Source of the DNA: Verrucomicrobiota bacterium
Lineage (GTDB): Bacteria; Verrucomicrobiota; Verrucomicrobiia; Verrucomicrobiales; V1-33
Assembly: GCA_040386695.1 (NCBI GenBank)
Contig: JAZKFB010000009.1
Coordinates: 47,436-111,435, forward strand
DNA: 64,000 nucleotides
Direction: 5' to 3'
Numbering within the stretch: the first letter of the stretch is position 1; each line of letters starts with the position of its first letter. Below, piece after piece: positions 61,679 to 64,000 of the stretch. The position numbers and the translations under genes were made by a program. The notes beneath the pieces were generated by a model, which saw only the letters and a program-made list of their open reading frames with translations, did not search any database and was not told the origin of the DNA.

Positions 61679-61687
61679 AACGGAGGA

Positions 61688-63694
61688 TCAGGCGGCGGGC
61701 GGGAAGTGCAGGACCGCTTCGAGGTCGTCCATTCTCAGGCGGCGGCAGATCACGTCGTCACAGCCCGCCGGGTGCCGGGCACCGCATTCCATCAGGAGCG
61801 CGATGAGGCGGACCGGGTGGTCCGCGCCGGCGGCTTCACGGAGAGCGGCGGGGCTGGCGGCCCCCCACCCTTCGATCTGCGCGGTGTCGAGGAGCACGGC
61901 CCGGCAGCCGGTGGAGGCCAAAAATCCGCACGCGGCATCAAGGCCGGAACAATGCTCCAGCGGCAGCTCCATCCGTTTGAAAATAACACTGGAAAGCTGA
62001 ACGAGCATGCGGTCGGGGCTGACCAGCAGGACCGGACGGGTATCACTCCCCGCTCCGGTCACGGCGGACGCGGACGGGAGGACCGGTCTTCCGGGAAACT
62101 CCCGGGCGGCTTTGGAGGCTGAAACCGGGCCCGCCCCCGCGGAAACCGGCAGCGTTTTTTCGGATTCGGAATCCGGGGGCGGAGTTACGGGAACGCAGCG
62201 TATATAAAAGGTGAATTCGCTGCCCTGGCGGAGTTCGGAGCGCACGGTGATCTCCCCGCCCATGGCATGGCAGAGCCGCCGGCTGATGGCCAGGCCCAGT
62301 CCGGTGCCGCCATAATGCCGGGTGGTGGTGGAATCCCCCTGGGAAAAGGGCTGGAAGATTTTTTCCCGCTGGTCCGGCCGGATGCCGATGCCGGTGTCCC
62401 GGATGGTGAAAATCAGCCGCGCCTCCCGGCCGGGGCCTGCGGTCTCATGACTCACCGTAACGCGCACCCCGCCCCTGGAGGTGAATTTCACGGCGTTGCC
62501 CGTCAGGTGCATCAGGACCTGACGCAGGTGCGCGGGATCACTTTCAAACCAGAGCGGACATCCCTCCTCCTCCGTGACCTCAAACGTCAGTCCTTTCCGG
62601 ACCGCCAGGGGGGTGAACCAGTCGATCACCTCCCGCAGGCAGCTTTTCAGGTTCACGGCGGCGCGGGTGATTTCGAGGGACCCGGACTCGATTCCGGACC
62701 AGTCGAGAATGTCATCAATGATCAGCTGGAGCAGGTCCCCGCTGCGGTGAATGGTGTCCGCCTGTTCCCGCTGGCGGGCGTTGAGGGGCGTCTGCCCCAG
62801 CAGTTCCACCATGCCGAGAATGCCGTTGAGGGGCGTGCGGAGCTCATGGCTCACGGTGGCCAGAAATTCGCTTTTGGCGCGTTCCCCGGCGCGGGCCTGA
62901 TGCATGGCGCTGACGAGGCTGGTGACTGTTTTCTGGAGCCGCCGATGGTAATTTTTAACGATGAAGCCCGCGAGGCAGGAAAGAACCGCCGCCCCCGTGA
63001 CCCCGCTCAGGCCGACCTGCCGGAGATTGGCGATTCTGGCGTTGTAAGCCGTCAGCTCCAGATCCACGCCGGCCACGGCGATCACTTTTCCGGCGGCATC
63101 GCGGATGGGGGCGTATCCGCTGAGGGCGCTGCCCCAGGTGTCCACCACCGGATCCTCGTCCACATCCGCCACTCCGGTGTCAAACACCCGCCGCAGCCGG
63201 GGATTGGCCTCGGCGTAAAAATCCCCGATATGCGATTTATCCTCCACGCCGTCGCCGTCGGCATCCCCCTCCGGCGTCGGATCCAGCACAAAATAGACAC
63301 CTTCCGGCTTCCGGATGCAGGTATAGACAAACCGATAGGCGGCGCCTGTGTTCAATGCCCGGCGCACGGCCTCCATGCGCGCGGTGGCCTGAATATATTC
63401 CATGGAATTCTCCTGCTCCGGATTGGTCAGCGCGCGGTGGATCTCGGGATCAATGGCGGTGGCCAGCATACTCGCTCCCGCGCGCAGGCCGTCACGCAGG
63501 TTTTCCTTTAATAAACGCCGGGCATTCTCATAAAAAATGCCCAGAGCCACGGCGGCGGTGGCGAAGCAGATGAGAGCCGCAAAAACCGCGACCCGTCCCG
63601 GCGGCAAAGCCAGCCAGCGGGAAGTCAGACGTCCCTCCGGCGGTTTGATGGCTGGAATGGTTTCCCTCGCGGTGAGTGTGGGTGACCGGGGCAT
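61688..63694 (-). CDS. hybrid-type sensor histidine kinase (Cache-like periplasmic domain, HisKA, HATPase_c, degenerate C-terminal receiver)
   Basis: TM, then periplasmic ..YRFVYTCIRKPEGVYFVLDP..GSALSGYAPIRDAAGKVIAVAGVDL, then TM. H-box LATVSHELRTPLNGILG. N/G boxes LTGNAVKFT, IRDTGIGI, GGTGLGLAI. C-terminal 130 aa is REC-like (VLLVSPD...AVLLDT...LIALL). Confidence 0.88.
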   Translation of the reverse strand: MPRSPTLTARETIPAIKPPEGRLTSRWLALPPGRVAVFAALICFATAAVALGIFYENARRLLKENLRDGLRAGASMLATAIDPEIHRALTNPEQENSMEYIQATARMEAVRRALNTGAAYRFVYTCIRKPEGVYFVLDPTPEGDADGDGVEDKSHIGDFYAEANPRLRRVFDTGVADVDEDPVVDTWGSALSGYAPIRDAAGKVIAVAGVDLELTAYNARIANLRQVGLSGVTGAAVLSCLAGFIVKNYHRRLQKTVTSLVSAMHQARAGERAKSEFLATVSHELRTPLNGILGMVELLGQTPLNARQREQADTIHRSGDLLQLIIDDILDWSGIESGSLEITRAAVNLKSCLREVIDWFTPLAVRKGLTFEVTEEEGCPLWFESDPAHLRQVLMHLTGNAVKFTSRGGVRVTVSHETAGPGREARLIFTIRDTGIGIRPDQREKIFQPFSQGDSTTTRHYGGTGLGLAISRRLCHAMGGEITVRSELRQGSEFTFYIRCVPVTPPPDSESEKTLPVSAGAGPVSASKAAREFPGRPVLPSASAVTGAGSDTRPVLLVSPDRMLVQLSSVIFKRMELPLEHCSGLDAACGFLASTGCRAVLLDTAQIEGWGAASPAALREAAGADHPVRLIALLMECGARHPAGCDDVICRRLRMDDLEAVLHFPPAA

Positions 63695-63757
63695 CGGACG
63701 GATAAGGCAGGGCGACGGCGGATATTTTATGATGTATGCGGAAAATAATCTGTCGTT

Positions 63758-64000
63758 TTAATCGGAATTTGTGAAAGTCAGCACGCTGTTTACGATCCCA
63801 ATGAATATTCCGATAATACTTTCCTCATCTTTCCAATGCCTGTCCGCAGCGCTGTATTTTCGTGTATATCTCGTTGAACTTGTTGCATTTATGTGAATTG
63901 CTCCTTCCCTCCGGTGTTCGGGTCCCCGATGATCGGCTGAAATCCCATGTCCGCACCGAATTTTTTCACAACGGATGGCTCGTCTGAACTGGAGGAGCGT
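63758..64000 (-). CDS. possible 3' end of an unknown CDS running off the window (weak)
   Basis: The minus-strand frame is open from 64000 to TAA (63760-63758), 80 codons ending ..WKDEESIIGIFIGIVNSVLTFTNSD. It is low-GC, absent from the ORF track (no start in the window), and no homology was recognised. Confidence 0.25.
   Translation of the reverse strand, partial: TLLQFRRAIRCEKIRCGHGISADHRGPEHRREGAIHINATSSTRYTRKYSAADRHWKDEESIIGIFIGIVNSVLTFTNSD

Overview
GC-rich bacterial chromosomal segment. Three PEP-CTERM cargo proteins, planctomycete-type cytochrome c domains fused to an FGE-sulfatase domain, and a membrane-tethered ECF sigma suggest a Verrucomicrobiota/PVC-type organism (inference). I count about 55 credible CDS and saw no rRNA, tRNA, CRISPR array or transposase. 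All family calls come from motif recognition by eye; no searches were run. Many long ORFs in the track are Arg/Gly/Pro-rich antisense shadows of real genes and are ignored. Left third: uxaC, a XylR-like regulator, galK and a ytfR-ytfT-yjfF...ytfQ galactofuranose-type ABC importer, which is split by a low-GC RelE/ParE toxin-antitoxin cassette. These are followed by pgeF, a translationally coupled membrane-protein pair, and a DksA-like (2-Cys) / L33 / S18 / FolE2 block that resembles a zinc-sparing set. Middle: an HscC-type Hsp70 and a tail-anchored J-protein lie divergent from a membrane-tethered ECF sigma. The extracytoplasmic part of that sigma and three downstream paralogs share a W-x3-D-P-x2-A-x2-W repeat. 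This cluster is interrupted by a Uma2 nuclease and a 1048-aa protein with permuted PEP-utilizer/PPDK domains. Next come amino-acid ABC genes, a 9-bp tandem repeat, an M60 peptidase remnant, a TPR/unknown/VWA/PEP-CTERM operon, and aroG preceded by a terminator-like leader. Right third: a 13-gene co-directional, largely translationally coupled polysaccharide locus. REC-Hpt, STAS, an RsbW-like kinase/GAF/PP2C fusion and a CheY gene sit between its glycosyltransferases, and the locus faces a hybrid histidine kinase. This locus is my best candidate for an undescribed regulatory-biosynthetic system; the sigma/repeat-paralog cluster is second.
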